This document shows, piece after piece, positions 25,828 through 35,278 of a DNA stretch of 49,199 nt. The DNA comes from Candidatus Bathyarchaeia archaeon (GTDB taxonomy: Archaea; Thermoproteota; Bathyarchaeia; RBG-16-48-13; GCA-020355125): NCBI GenBank assembly GCA_041480025.1, contig JBGOZA010000001.1:1-49199 (forward strand), read 5' to 3'. Both the position numbers and the translations under genes were made by a program. The notes under the pieces are model-generated. The model saw only the letters and a list, made by a program, of their open reading frames with translations. It made no database searches and was not told where the DNA came from. Within the stretch, counting starts at the first letter, position 1; every line of letters begins with the position of its first letter.

Positions 25828-26121
25828 TTGTCTGAAAAGAAGAAGGACTCTAAAAAGAAAGATGTTCTTGAAGAGAGAGTCTTCAACATACCGCTTAGCT
25901 CCGCTTGGAGGATGCCCATCAAGAAGAGAACGCCCAGGGCGATGCGCGACCTCAAAGCCTATATCAGCAAATCTATGAAGACAGATGAAATATCCATAAG
26001 CAGTGAAGTCAATGAGATATTCTGGAAACACGGGACAGAAGGAGCTCCTAGACATCTTCGCGTCAGAGCAGAAAAAGGAAAAGACAACAGGGTTACGGTC
26101 TATCTAGTCAACGAAGAGTAA
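25828..26121 (+). CDS. rpl31e: 50S ribosomal protein L31e (eL31)
   Basis: 97 aa. ERVFNIPL...KRTPRAMRDLKAYI pattern. TTG start. Confidence 0.85.
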   Translation: MSEKKKDSKKKDVLEERVFNIPLSSAWRMPIKKRTPRAMRDLKAYISKSMKTDEISISSEVNEIFWKHGTEGAPRHLRVRAEKGKDNRVTVYLVNEE

Positions 26122-26130
26122 GGGTTCTTT

Positions 26131-26799
26131 TTGACTTTCTCCCGCTTGAACATTCAAGGGAGTCCTAATGTAGGAATCTATGCTTTAGCAACAAACAGTT
26201 TTGTATTGGCGCCTCCGAAGACCTCCGATTCCAGAGTTAGGATTCTCAAAGAGACGCTCAAAGCTCCAGTGTACAGGATGAATTTGGCAGGTACTATCCT
26301 ACTGGGAGTATATGCAGCAGCAAATTCAAACGGCATAGTCGTGCCAGATCTCGTATCAGAACAAGAAATTGAGACACTAACTAACGTGACGACCAATATA
26401 GTTCAGCTCAAGAGCAGGAGAAACGCCTTCGGAAATCTGATTCTGGTTAATGATCACGGTGCAATAATGTCAGAGACCCTCTCTCATGAAAAAGAAGTTG
26501 TACAAAAGATAAGAGATGCCCTTGATGTAGAAATCGTTGTTGGCAGTATCGCGCGCCTCCCCTATGTCGGTTCTCTCGCCTCGGTAAACAACAATGCAGC
26601 GTTTGTACACCCAGAATGTACGGAAGAGGAAGCCGAACTTATTTCAAGTGTCTTGAAGGTGAAAGTTGATTCTGGAACAGTAAATAGAGGAAGCCCAGTT
26701 GTGGGAGCCGGAATGCTTACCAACGATTTTGGTGTTGTAGTTGGTGATCTAACCGTCGGTCCTGAACTAATGATTATGACGAATCTCTTCGGAGTCTAG
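26131..26799 (+). CDS. eif6: translation initiation factor 6 (aIF6)
   Basis: 222 aa pentein repeats. Begins RLNIQGSPNVGIYALATNSFVLAP. Confidence 0.9.
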   Translation: MTFSRLNIQGSPNVGIYALATNSFVLAPPKTSDSRVRILKETLKAPVYRMNLAGTILLGVYAAANSNGIVVPDLVSEQEIETLTNVTTNIVQLKSRRNAFGNLILVNDHGAIMSETLSHEKEVVQKIRDALDVEIVVGSIARLPYVGSLASVNNNAAFVHPECTEEEAELISSVLKVKVDSGTVNRGSPVVGAGMLTNDFGVVVGDLTVGPELMIMTNLFGV

Positions 26800-26848
26800 A
26801 CAAATAGACAGGCGAAGAAAATAGGATTCGTTGGGGCACGTCAGAATC

Positions 26849-28012
26849 TCATGGCAAAGATTCCAGTATATTCTGCGCAGCTCTTAGACCGTCACCGTAC
26901 TCAAAGTGGTGCCCAAGCTTTCTCATCCCCCGCTCAACAGCTCCTATCGTGGCGATTATGTCATTGGCTGTCACGTTTCCCATATGTCCGATTCTGAATA
27001 TTCTCCCTTGGAATTCACCCACGCCTCTGGCCACAGTAACATGATTCTTCGAAACTTCCTCGCGGAAAGCTACGTCATCAACCCCTTCAGGATAGTAGAC
27101 TCCTGTAACTGTGTCTGCTTCATAGCCTTCTTCAGCCACAAGTTGAAGTCCCATCCCAACCATCGCTGCTCGACAGGCTTTGGCGATTATGGAATGTCTC
27201 TTGAACCTTCTTTCTAGTCCTTCCTTCAGAATCATATCAAGCGATGCTTCCAACGCGTAGATGAGGTTGACTGGTTGGGTAGAATAGTAAGAGGTTGATG
27301 TATTCCTTAGGAGCCTTAACCACCCTTTGAGATCACCGTAGACGCTTCCAACAGACTCCTTCCGCTCCTCCACTGCTTTCAAACCATCCTTTGATAGACC
27401 AATTATGGCCAGGCCTGGAGGAACAGCCAGACACTTCTGAGAACACGTACAGTTCGCATCTATCCCCCATTCGTCTGTTCTGACATCCATTCCACCAAAA
27501 GAAGCAACCGTGTCAACAATGAAGCGGGCGCCCGAAGCCTTAACTGCCGGACCTATGTCGTTGACAGGTAGTGCAACACCCGTAGCTGTCTCAACTTGAG
27601 CACAGGTAACAGCACTGAAGCTTTCTCTAGCCAACTCTCGTCTAACGTCGTCGAGTTTTATGGCTCTGCCTCCCTCAACCACAAGAGGATGCGACTCGCG
27701 CCCTAGAGCCTTGGTCATCTCAACGAATCGGCTGCTGAAGTAACCTGTTACAAGATTCAGCACCTTATCTTCCGGTTGCGTCATGTTGACCAGAGAAATC
27801 TCCTGAGCCAATGTACCACTACCAGAAATCGCGAACGCCTCACCTTGTGTCATGAATACTTCTTTGAGCTTGTCTAGGGTTCGTCGATACGTAGTCCCAA
27901 ATGGTTCTCCCATGTGAGACTCAGTAGTCTTCATCATGGCTCTCATAACGCTTGGATCTATGTTGGTTGGTCCCGGAATCATCAAGAGTTCACGTTCAGA
28001 CATATATGCCAC
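26849..28012 (-). CDS. class V aminotransferase (serine-pyruvate / alanine-glyoxylate type)
   Basis: 387 aa. LMIPGPTNIDPSVMRAM N-terminus; CSQKCLAVPPGLA carries the PLP lysine context. Confidence 0.75.
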   Translation of the reverse strand: MAYMSERELLMIPGPTNIDPSVMRAMMKTTESHMGEPFGTTYRRTLDKLKEVFMTQGEAFAISGSGTLAQEISLVNMTQPEDKVLNLVTGYFSSRFVEMTKALGRESHPLVVEGGRAIKLDDVRRELARESFSAVTCAQVETATGVALPVNDIGPAVKASGARFIVDTVASFGGMDVRTDEWGIDANCTCSQKCLAVPPGLAIIGLSKDGLKAVEERKESVGSVYGDLKGWLRLLRNTSTSYYSTQPVNLIYALEASLDMILKEGLERRFKRHSIIAKACRAAMVGMGLQLVAEEGYEADTVTGVYYPEGVDDVAFREEVSKNHVTVARGVGEFQGRIFRIGHMGNVTANDIIATIGAVERGMRKLGHHFEYGDGLRAAQNILESLP

Positions 28013-28351
28013 CTTCAGCCCGATTCATGTGCAGTCAGACTGTTCTTTGAAAGAATATGATAATATGATTCAGCCTTAACTATTAAGGAGCCGCATAACT
28101 TATAGTATTGAAGTAAACTCAGATGAAGAATTGTGAGCACACTAGGCTGGCCGCACAATCACCAGACTTCACGATCCCATATGACCTCTGTGACAGCTAT
28201 ACTTAATTATGGAGACATCTTTTCCACTAGAGCCAAGGTTCCAGTAACGAGCGATCACAATACTGTGGGATTGCTCGGGACATGAGAACTCAATGGAGAA
28301 TCATGACATCAGCTCATGCTGAGTCTAACATGAATGGTAGAGATGAGTTGA

Positions 28352-28600
28352 ATGAGCGAAGTAAAGATATTCAGAATAACGGGAAGAATAGTCAGGCATA
28401 ACTATAGCACTGATTTTTCTAAAGATCTGCTGTCTACCAGTAAAGAGGCAGCACTTGAAAAAGTCTTTGCAGATTTGGGAAGCCAACACAAAGTCATGCG
28501 AGTTCACATTAAGATATCATCCAATGAAGAAATAAAGCCTGAAGAAAGCTCAAACATGTTGATTAAACAATTGAATGAGGAATTGAATGAGGCTCAATGA
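28352..28600 (+). CDS. rplX: 50S ribosomal protein LX (L18Ae/eL20)
   Basis: 82 aa. MSEVKIFRITGRI... sits in the conserved LX-pfdA-ftsY arrangement. Confidence 0.75.
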   Translation: MSEVKIFRITGRIVRHNYSTDFSKDLLSTSKEAALEKVFADLGSQHKVMRVHIKISSNEEIKPEESSNMLIKQLNEELNEAQ

Positions 28601-29028
28601 AGATGTCTACAGCCTCTGACCCCTTAACCAATGTGATTATGCAAGTCCAATATTTCGAGAATGTTGCTCAATCACTTCAACAGCGTTTCAATTATGTTGA
28701 AGCCGCAATAGCAGAACTACAGGTTGCCTTGAACACTATCAGTGAGATTAGCAAGGAGAGTGGAGGCGCAGACATTCTTGTCCCAGTTGGAGCGGGCTCA
28801 TACCTGCGAGCCAAGGCTGCCGATGTGGAGAAGCTGATTGTTGGAATCGGGGCAGATGTTGCTGTTGAAAAAACTGTTAAAGAAGCAACAGATGCTTATC
28901 AGATTCGCATAGATGAGTTGCGCAAAGTTCGAGAGTCATTGGGACAAGATATCGAAAAAGTAGCTATGAGCTTGTCAAAAGCGCGACAGGAACTAGAGAC
29001 ACTAACTAGGAAATCTGAAGGAAAGTGA
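28597..29028 (+). CDS. pfdA: prefoldin alpha subunit
   Basis: 143 aa. Coiled coil - beta hairpins (ILVPVGAGSYLRAK...IVGIGADVAVEK) - coiled coil. Confidence 0.8.
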   Translation: MKMSTASDPLTNVIMQVQYFENVAQSLQQRFNYVEAAIAELQVALNTISEISKESGGADILVPVGAGSYLRAKAADVEKLIVGIGADVAVEKTVKEATDAYQIRIDELRKVRESLGQDIEKVAMSLSKARQELETLTRKSEGK

Positions 29029-29029
29029 A

Positions 29030-29935
29030 ATGTTCGAGGGCCTGAGAAACAGCCTCGGCAAGCTCAAGGATGTGATTCAGAAGACTGAGCTCAAAGAGGA
29101 AAACCTTGAGCCTATTCTATGGGATTTTAAGATTACTCTGCTCTCCAACGATGTTGGACTAGACGTAGCAGAGGAAATATGCGCTGATGTCAAACGGGAA
29201 CTCTTGGGGACACAAGTCAGCCGAACAGATGACAAAAAGGAAATAGTTGACAAAGTTCTAAGGAAAGTGCTTCTTAAGATTCTGAAGCCTGAAAGAGGAG
29301 TCAACCTATTAGAACTGGCATCTGAAAAACGCGGCCAAAAAGAACCATTTGTAGTTGCCTTCGTAGGCGTCAATGGGACAGGAAAGACAACGACTATTGG
29401 AAAAGTAGCCAGTCTCTTGCTTAAGAAAGGGTTTTCAGTTGTCCTAGCTGCAGGAGACACCTATAGGGCAGGGTCTATTGAGCAGTTAGAAGGCCATGCT
29501 AGACGTCTAGGCGTTCGACTGATACGCCATGAATATGGTTCAGATGCAGCAGCCGTTGCTTTTGACGCAATAAATCATGCAAAGACGCACGGAATCAACG
29601 TAGTCCTAATAGATACTGCTGGAAGAATGCAGACCAATAGGAACCTCATGGACGAAATGCAGAAAATTGTTAGGGTCGCGAAGCCTGACCTAGTCATATA
29701 TGTTGGGGACGCACTAACTGGAAATGATGCAGTCACTCAAGCGGAGCAGTTCAGTAAGCTTGTAAGAGTTGATGCCTCAATTCTCACAAAAGTGGATGCT
29801 GATGCCAAAGGAGGCTCAGCAATCTCCGTCTCCTACGTAACAAAGCGTCCAACAATATTCTTGGGAGTAGGTCAGACATATGATGATCTGATGCCTTTTG
29901 ACCCTAATTACCTAGTCAAACGAATCCTGGACTAG
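29030..29935 (+). CDS. ftsY: signal recognition particle receptor FtsY
   Basis: GVNGTGKTTTIGK, DTAGR and TKVDADAKGG GTPase motifs. Confidence 0.9.
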   Translation: MFEGLRNSLGKLKDVIQKTELKEENLEPILWDFKITLLSNDVGLDVAEEICADVKRELLGTQVSRTDDKKEIVDKVLRKVLLKILKPERGVNLLELASEKRGQKEPFVVAFVGVNGTGKTTTIGKVASLLLKKGFSVVLAAGDTYRAGSIEQLEGHARRLGVRLIRHEYGSDAAAVAFDAINHAKTHGINVVLIDTAGRMQTNRNLMDEMQKIVRVAKPDLVIYVGDALTGNDAVTQAEQFSKLVRVDASILTKVDADAKGGSAISVSYVTKRPTIFLGVGQTYDDLMPFDPNYLVKRILD

Positions 29936-29984
29936 ATCTGCATCTGTAGACTAGGGTGCACGTTTGTATGACGACTTGAAATAT

Positions 29985-30863
29985 TCAACCCAGTAATTCT
30001 AGGAGTAATGCTTTCGCGGTGTGTAATCGATTCTCCGCTTCTTGGAAGATGCAACTGTTTGGAGAATCCATTATCTCCGAGGTTATTTCGTATCCTCTAG
30101 TTGCTGGCAAACAGTGTAGGATGATGCAGTCTTCTCTTGCGTACTTCATGAGATCCATATTCAATTGATAAGGCTTGAATACTCTTAATCGTGTCTCTTT
30201 CTCTTTCTCGAGCCCAAGAGAGACCCAAGTATCAGTTACTAACACATCAGCGAGCCGTGCTGCTTCTCTTGGTTCGCGCGTTACAACCGCTTCTCCCTTT
30301 ATCTTTGGCTCATATCCTTCTGGAGTTGCAACTGACATATTCATGCCCAAGAGCTGAGCCGCCTGAATGAGAGAGTTGCAGACGTTAGTGCCATCACCTA
30401 TCCATGCAATCCTCAAGCCTTCAAGCCTGCCCTTATCTTCCAGAATCGTCATCAAGTCAGCAAGGATTTGACACGGATGATGAAGGTCATCCATACCATT
30501 TATCACTGGTTTATCGCAAGCCTTTGCCAAGTCAATATTCTGTTGATGAGTAGCTATTCGGGTTAGAACTGCATCAGCGTAAAGGCCGAGAACCCTTGAT
30601 TCGTCTACCAAGTCACCTTTGACAAAATTGGTGTCATTCCAGTTCATGTTTATAGCATGACCTCCAAGCTGGGTCATTGCCACCTCAAATGACACTCTCG
30701 TTCGAGTGCTCGTTTTTGAGAAGAGCATCGCCAACGTCTTTCCTTCAAGTTCCTTCGAGAATCTGTTCTTCTTAATACTCAGAGCCAGATCAAGAATGCT
30801 AATGAGCTCTTCTTTCGTCAAATCCACCAAAGTAAGGAAGTCTCTGCCCTTCATGGATAACAT
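29985..30863 (-). CDS. argF: ornithine carbamoyltransferase
   Basis: STRTRVSFE, HPCQILADL, DTWVSLG and HCLPATRG motifs. Confidence 0.8.
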   Translation of the reverse strand: MLSMKGRDFLTLVDLTKEELISILDLALSIKKNRFSKELEGKTLAMLFSKTSTRTRVSFEVAMTQLGGHAINMNWNDTNFVKGDLVDESRVLGLYADAVLTRIATHQQNIDLAKACDKPVINGMDDLHHPCQILADLMTILEDKGRLEGLRIAWIGDGTNVCNSLIQAAQLLGMNMSVATPEGYEPKIKGEAVVTREPREAARLADVLVTDTWVSLGLEKEKETRLRVFKPYQLNMDLMKYAREDCIILHCLPATRGYEITSEIMDSPNSCIFQEAENRLHTAKALLLELLG

Positions 30864-30939
30864 GAGCTAACCTCTGCCTGAGAGGGTATTGTGTTGGCAA
30901 ACTGTTTGAAAAGCTTTGCTAGATACAGCCATTCACCAC

Positions 30940-31755
30940 TCAATATTCAGCTAACCGTCGAAACGGAATATCCAGTTGTTTCAGCAGCTCCATTAGGCCT
31001 TCGCGTTGCTTACCATCTATTCCTTTCCAGTCCAAGATGAGTGTTGGGTTGCTTTCTAAGGTTCTGTCTATGCAGTGCTTGACTATGTTGGCATTCAATC
31101 TGCTGAAAGCATACGAGGGAATTATATGTCCAAATGCTATAGGAGAATCCAAGCTGTGGTTTGTTAGCCTGCTATTGCAGTGGCTTCCACCAAGAGCAAC
31201 AGCTGCCTCAGCTTCTTCTTCGCAAGTTGCTGCTGCCATTGCGGCGTGTGCTACAGCTTCAGCTGCCTTGGGGGAGGACCATTCCTCTTGAGTGCTCCCA
31301 ATCTCTACGAATAAAGCTGGGACATCCAAAGAAGGCCCGTGGTGAGTCCCTTCATAGGAGACCTGAAATTGTTCTAGGTTTAGACGCTTCTTTGCTCTCC
31401 TCATCTCAATCAGAGCGGCTCTAACAGCGTTAGCCGGTGCTATGGAGACTTTTCCAGCTATTCCGCCAAAACTGGCTTCAAAAAGATTTCCCGGGACGTG
31501 TGCGGTTAGGAGCGGTGCACCATTTCTGCTTTCATGTCTACTGAGGAATATAACAAGATCAGACGATGAGAATGCAGAAAGATGCTGAATATAGACTAGC
31601 TCGCCTTCAACAACAACTAGCTTTATTTCCCTTCGCTCGAAGGTCGCGCTGTACGTTTGTCCGTCCGTCGAACTGGCTGTCTCTGAGAACCCAAAATCAG
31701 AGATAAGCCTATTGGCAATGTTTTGGCTTGCAGCATCGTCTTTGGTAGCTACCAT
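30940..31755 (-). CDS. dtdA: D-aminoacyl-tRNA deacylase, archaeal type (DtdA)
   Basis: 271 aa. SRHESRNGAPLLTAHVPGN and YEGTHHGPS match the PF04414-like pattern. Confidence 0.7.
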   Translation of the reverse strand: MVATKDDAASQNIANRLISDFGFSETASSTDGQTYSATFERREIKLVVVEGELVYIQHLSAFSSSDLVIFLSRHESRNGAPLLTAHVPGNLFEASFGGIAGKVSIAPANAVRAALIEMRRAKKRLNLEQFQVSYEGTHHGPSLDVPALFVEIGSTQEEWSSPKAAEAVAHAAMAAATCEEEAEAAVALGGSHCNSRLTNHSLDSPIAFGHIIPSYAFSRLNANIVKHCIDRTLESNPTLILDWKGIDGKQREGLMELLKQLDIPFRRLAEY

Positions 31756-31949
31756 TGTTATCAGGAGAATTCGCCTTCAAACTAGCAAGGAATATAATGC
31801 CGAAAAAAGGTTTCTGAAGAAGAGCGAAAACCTACTCGAGAGAGAATGCCAATGAAACAACAGTGCCTGAAGAGAGACGTATTTACCACAAACTTAAAAG
31901 AGCGCCGTGTCCAGTGATGTCAGTTGCTTGCAGATAGGAGACTGAAGAT

Positions 31950-32132
31950 TTGTCCCTCAAAGGCTTTGTTGGCTCTATAGGTCGACTCATAAAGCTGATT
32001 AGAAAGCCTACAAGGGATGATTTTGCCATGTCCATAAAGATTACAATCTTGGGAGTAGGTATCTTAGGCATCATAGGTTTCCTAATAAAATTCATGAGTT
32101 CAATTCTGCTGGCGGCAAAAACCACAGCTTGA
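31950..32132 (+). CDS. secE: preprotein translocase SecE / Sec61 gamma
   Basis: 60 aa. KPTRDDF then a single TM helix. Canonical position before spt5-L11. Confidence 0.8.
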   Translation: MSLKGFVGSIGRLIKLIRKPTRDDFAMSIKITILGVGILGIIGFLIKFMSSILLAAKTTA

Positions 32133-32145
32133 GGGCGGAGGTACT

Positions 32146-32634
32146 ATGACAGAGAAACCTCGAGAAGCATCCATTTTCACTGTTCGAACTACCGCTGGCC
32201 AAGAGAGGAATGCAGCGGAGCTAATATCAACAAAATCCCAGATCAACAAGCACCAGATCCTTTCCATACTTGTCCCCGAGAACTTGAGAGGCTACGTTTT
32301 CATAGAGGCGCCGGGCGCACATATCATAGATGAAGCGATTACTGGAATCAAACATGTCCGTTCCAGAGTTCCAGGAAGGGTCAGCTACTCGGATATCGAG
32401 AAGTACTTGGTTTCAAAACCGATAATCGAGGAACTGAATGTAGGAAATATAGTTGAGGTAACTGGAGGCCCCTTCAAAGGAATGAGGGCCAAGATCACCA
32501 AAGTGAATAAAGCGAAGCGGGAAGCAACATTGGAACTCCTTGAAGCGACCTTTACATTGCCTATAACGGTAAGTGCAGATTATCTGAAACTGGTTGAAAA
32601 AGGCGATGCTTCGACTGAAGCTTCTGAGGAATAG
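32146..32634 (+). CDS. spt5: transcription elongation factor Spt5 (NusG)
   Basis: NGN domain (IFTVRTTAGQERNAA...GYVFIEA) plus KOW (GNIVEVTGGPFKGMRAKI). Confidence 0.9.
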   Translation: MTEKPREASIFTVRTTAGQERNAAELISTKSQINKHQILSILVPENLRGYVFIEAPGAHIIDEAITGIKHVRSRVPGRVSYSDIEKYLVSKPIIEELNVGNIVEVTGGPFKGMRAKITKVNKAKREATLELLEATFTLPITVSADYLKLVEKGDASTEASEE

Positions 32635-32637
32635 AAG

Positions 32638-33123
32638 ATGGTAGAAAAGAAAAAAATAGACGCCCTCGTTAGCGGAGGACAAGCAACGGCGGGACCTCCT
32701 TTAGGTCCTGCACTAGGTCCATTGGGTCTCAATGTCCTTGCTGTAGTTAAGAAGATCAACGAACTAACCGCGCCATACGCTGGAATGAAAGTTCCTGTGA
32801 AGGTGACCGTTGATACAGATACCAAAGAGTTCGATGTCGAGGTAGGTACCCCCACGGTTTCAGCTCTTATTGTGAAGGAACTAGGCATCCCAAAAGGCTC
32901 AGGGACACCTAATAGTCAGAAGGTAGGTAACCTTTCATTTGAGCAACTTGTCCACGTCGCAAAACTAAAACAAGCTCAGACACTGGCCAAATCCTTCAAA
33001 GATGCAGTCAAAGAAGTTGCAGGCAGTTGCGTCAGCGTCGGAATTACCATAGAAGGAAAAGACCCCAAAGAAGTCCAGAAAGATATTGATGAAGGAATCT
33101 ACGATAAGTTTTTGAACCCCTAG
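32638..33123 (+). CDS. rpl11: 50S ribosomal protein L11 (uL11)
   Basis: GGQATAGPPLGPALGPLGLN signature. Confidence 0.9.
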   Translation: MVEKKKIDALVSGGQATAGPPLGPALGPLGLNVLAVVKKINELTAPYAGMKVPVKVTVDTDTKEFDVEVGTPTVSALIVKELGIPKGSGTPNSQKVGNLSFEQLVHVAKLKQAQTLAKSFKDAVKEVAGSCVSVGITIEGKDPKEVQKDIDEGIYDKFLNP

Positions 33124-33179
33124 CGTACCCAAAGGGGTAATCCCAATCATAAGTCCACAATTCAGGTAAGGGAAAAAGG

Positions 33180-33827
33180 TTGCCAGTAGAAAAAGATGCA
33201 GTGCTCAAAGCATTGGACGAAGTTAGGAAAGCGAAAAAGAAGAATTTCGCCCAATCAGTAGATCTAGTATTCAATCTAACTGATATTGATCTCAAGAAAC
33301 CAGAGAATAGACTAAACGAGACTGTTGATCTTCCTTATCCTCCGAAGAAAGAAACAAAGATAGTAGTATTTGCCACGGGAGACCTAGCTACACGAGCTAA
33401 GACCTCAGGGGCAGATCAGGTCTTGGGCAGAGAAGATCTTGACCGATACGGAGGAAACAAGAAGGAAGTCAAGAAGCTCGCTGATTCAGCTGACTTCTTC
33501 ATCGCTGAGACCACGATGATGGCCGCCGTTGGAAAAGTTCTTGGTCCAGTCCTAGGCCCCAGAGGAAAAATGCCTACTCCAGTACCACCTAACGCGCCAA
33601 TAGAAAATGTAGTGGCTCGCCATAACAAGATTGTTAGGGTAAGAATCAGAGATCAACTGAATACTCAATGCAGAATAGGTTCAGAAGACATGTCCAACGA
33701 TGAGTTGGCGGGCAATATTCAGGCCGTGATTTCTAGACTTGAAACTAGGCTTCCGAAGGGACTGAGGAATATCCATGAAATCGGTGTTAAGACGACCATG
33801 AGTTCACTCGTTAAAATCAAAATGTAG
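33180..33827 (+). CDS. rpl1: 50S ribosomal protein L1 (uL1)
   Basis: 215 aa. NFAQSVDLVFNL...GKVLGPVLGPRGKMP pattern. TTG start. Confidence 0.9.
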   Translation: MPVEKDAVLKALDEVRKAKKKNFAQSVDLVFNLTDIDLKKPENRLNETVDLPYPPKKETKIVVFATGDLATRAKTSGADQVLGREDLDRYGGNKKEVKKLADSADFFIAETTMMAAVGKVLGPVLGPRGKMPTPVPPNAPIENVVARHNKIVRVRIRDQLNTQCRIGSEDMSNDELAGNIQAVISRLETRLPKGLRNIHEIGVKTTMSSLVKIKM

Positions 33828-34709
33828 GTGAGATACTTGACTTCAAATCTAGAAAGAGCCACTATTGCAAAGAAAGCCCAAGAAGCAAAGGAACTCGCGG
33901 AACTAATAGACAAGTATAGTACGGTTCTGATAGCTAGTCTGCACAAGGTTCGTGCGATACAACTTCAAGAACTATCGAAGAAATTCAGAGAAGATGTCAA
34001 AATGAAAGTCGCTAAAAGCAGTACCCTTCAGAGGGCGCTTGAAGCGAGTTCAAAACCAACAATCAAAGAACTAGAAAGTGCTTCTACTGGCTCTAATGTT
34101 CTTCTTCTAACAAATCTTAACCCTTTCAAGCTTTCAATTCAGCTTGATAGAAGCAAGTCGAAAATGGCTGCTAAAGCCGGAGACATTGCGCCAAGCGATA
34201 TAACTGTTCCAGCTGGCAACACAGGTCTGCCGCCTGGCCCTGCTATATCGGAATTGAATGAAGCAGGCATAAGGACTCGGATTGAATCAGGCAGCGTCTA
34301 CGTATTACGGGACACTGTTGTCGCCAAGAAGGGCGAACACATTCAACCCAGAGTCGCCAGCGTTCTCCAAAAACTAGGCATAAAGCCGTTAGAGGTGGGT
34401 CTAAACATCAAAGCAGCCTATGATTCAGGCGTCTTCATAAAAGGTGAGGATATCCACGTCGATTTGGATCAAATCAAGAAAGAGTTTGAGGAAGGATTCA
34501 GTCATGCCTTTGCTCTGTCCATTAATGCGTCTTTCCTGATCCCTGAGAACGCGGCCTCAATACTAAGCAATGCACAAAGGAATGGTCTAAGCCTAGCCTT
34601 GAATTCCAACTATCCTGTAGCAGAGACGATATCTACTCTTCTAGGAAAAGCCCAATCGAATGCCACAATTCTTTCCAACATAGTCACAGATACTGGTCCA
34701 GCAGCCTGA
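33828..34709 (+). CDS. rpl10: 50S ribosomal stalk protein P0 (uL10)
   Basis: 293 aa. Canonical position between L1 and P1. GTG start abutting the L1 stop. Confidence 0.85.
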   Translation: MRYLTSNLERATIAKKAQEAKELAELIDKYSTVLIASLHKVRAIQLQELSKKFREDVKMKVAKSSTLQRALEASSKPTIKELESASTGSNVLLLTNLNPFKLSIQLDRSKSKMAAKAGDIAPSDITVPAGNTGLPPGPAISELNEAGIRTRIESGSVYVLRDTVVAKKGEHIQPRVASVLQKLGIKPLEVGLNIKAAYDSGVFIKGEDIHVDLDQIKKEFEEGFSHAFALSINASFLIPENAASILSNAQRNGLSLALNSNYPVAETISTLLGKAQSNATILSNIVTDTGPAA

Positions 34710-34788
34710 TTATGAGCTCACAAGGAAAAAAGTTGAAAAGGAAGGCTTTTAACATAGCATCCGCCGAAGCTTGGAGGTGAAAGAAGAA

Positions 34789-35091
34789 ATGAAATACGTT
34801 TACGCAGCACTACTACTCCACTCCTCTGGTCAAAACATAGATGAGGAATCCCTCAAGAAGATTATCAGCGCAACAGGTGGGGAAGTTGATGAAGCACGAG
34901 TAAAGGCTCTGGTAGCTTCATTGGCTGAAGTCAATATTGATGAAGCACTGAAAGCGGGACAAACTGTTATAGCAGCGCCCGCCGCAACGAAGGAGACTGC
35001 GCCAGCACCAGAAGCAAAGAAAGAAGAGAAGAAAGAGGAAGGAAAGAAGGAAGAAGAAGCAGTCGCAGGCTTAGGCGCCCTGTTCGGCTAA
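34789..35091 (+). CDS. rpl12: 50S ribosomal stalk protein P1 (L12e)
   Basis: [14 protein letters not shown]..., an Ala/Pro/Lys/Glu hinge, and a GLGALFG C-terminus. GGAGGTGA lies just upstream of ATG 34789; the track ORF starts earlier, at 34771. Confidence 0.9.
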   Translation: MKYVYAALLLHSSGQNIDEESLKKIISATGGEVDEARVKALVASLAEVNIDEALKAGQTVIAAPAATKETAPAPEAKKEEKKEEGKKEEEAVAGLGALFG

Positions 35092-35122
35092 CCTCTTCCC
35101 TTATTCTTAAACTTCATCTTGA

Positions 35123-35128
35123 GCGCGC
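35123..35128. repeat. alternating GC tract GCGCGC inside palindrome AGCGCGCT (non-coding)
   Basis: Read directly. Located 32 nt after the P1 stop. Confidence 0.9.
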
Positions 35129-35143
35129 TATCAGCCTACGCAT

Positions 35144-35164
35144 ATTTCTTTTCTTGATTTTTGT
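35144..35164 (+). terminator. T-rich tract after the ribosomal stalk operon
   Basis: The sequence atttcttttcttgatttttgt follows the P1 stop. Archaeal termination typically uses oligo-T. Confidence 0.35.
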
Positions 35165-35278
35165 ATGAAGATAGGGTTATTACTTAATTCTCTGTACATC
35201 AAGAGAAGAAAAACGCCTGGAGTCTGAAGACTCCTAGCATAACAATGAACGACTTGGCCTATGACCGTAGGAGGATAT

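Noticed and set aside
28013-28351. Unusually long (339 nt) divergent spacer between the aminotransferase and LX genes; searched for ncRNA, small ORFs and repeats.
   Set aside because: Only trivially short ORFs (27 aa or fewer, without SD sequences) were found. No stable extended hairpins, known RNA motifs or GC tracts were seen. It probably just holds two promoters, and nothing supportable can be reported.
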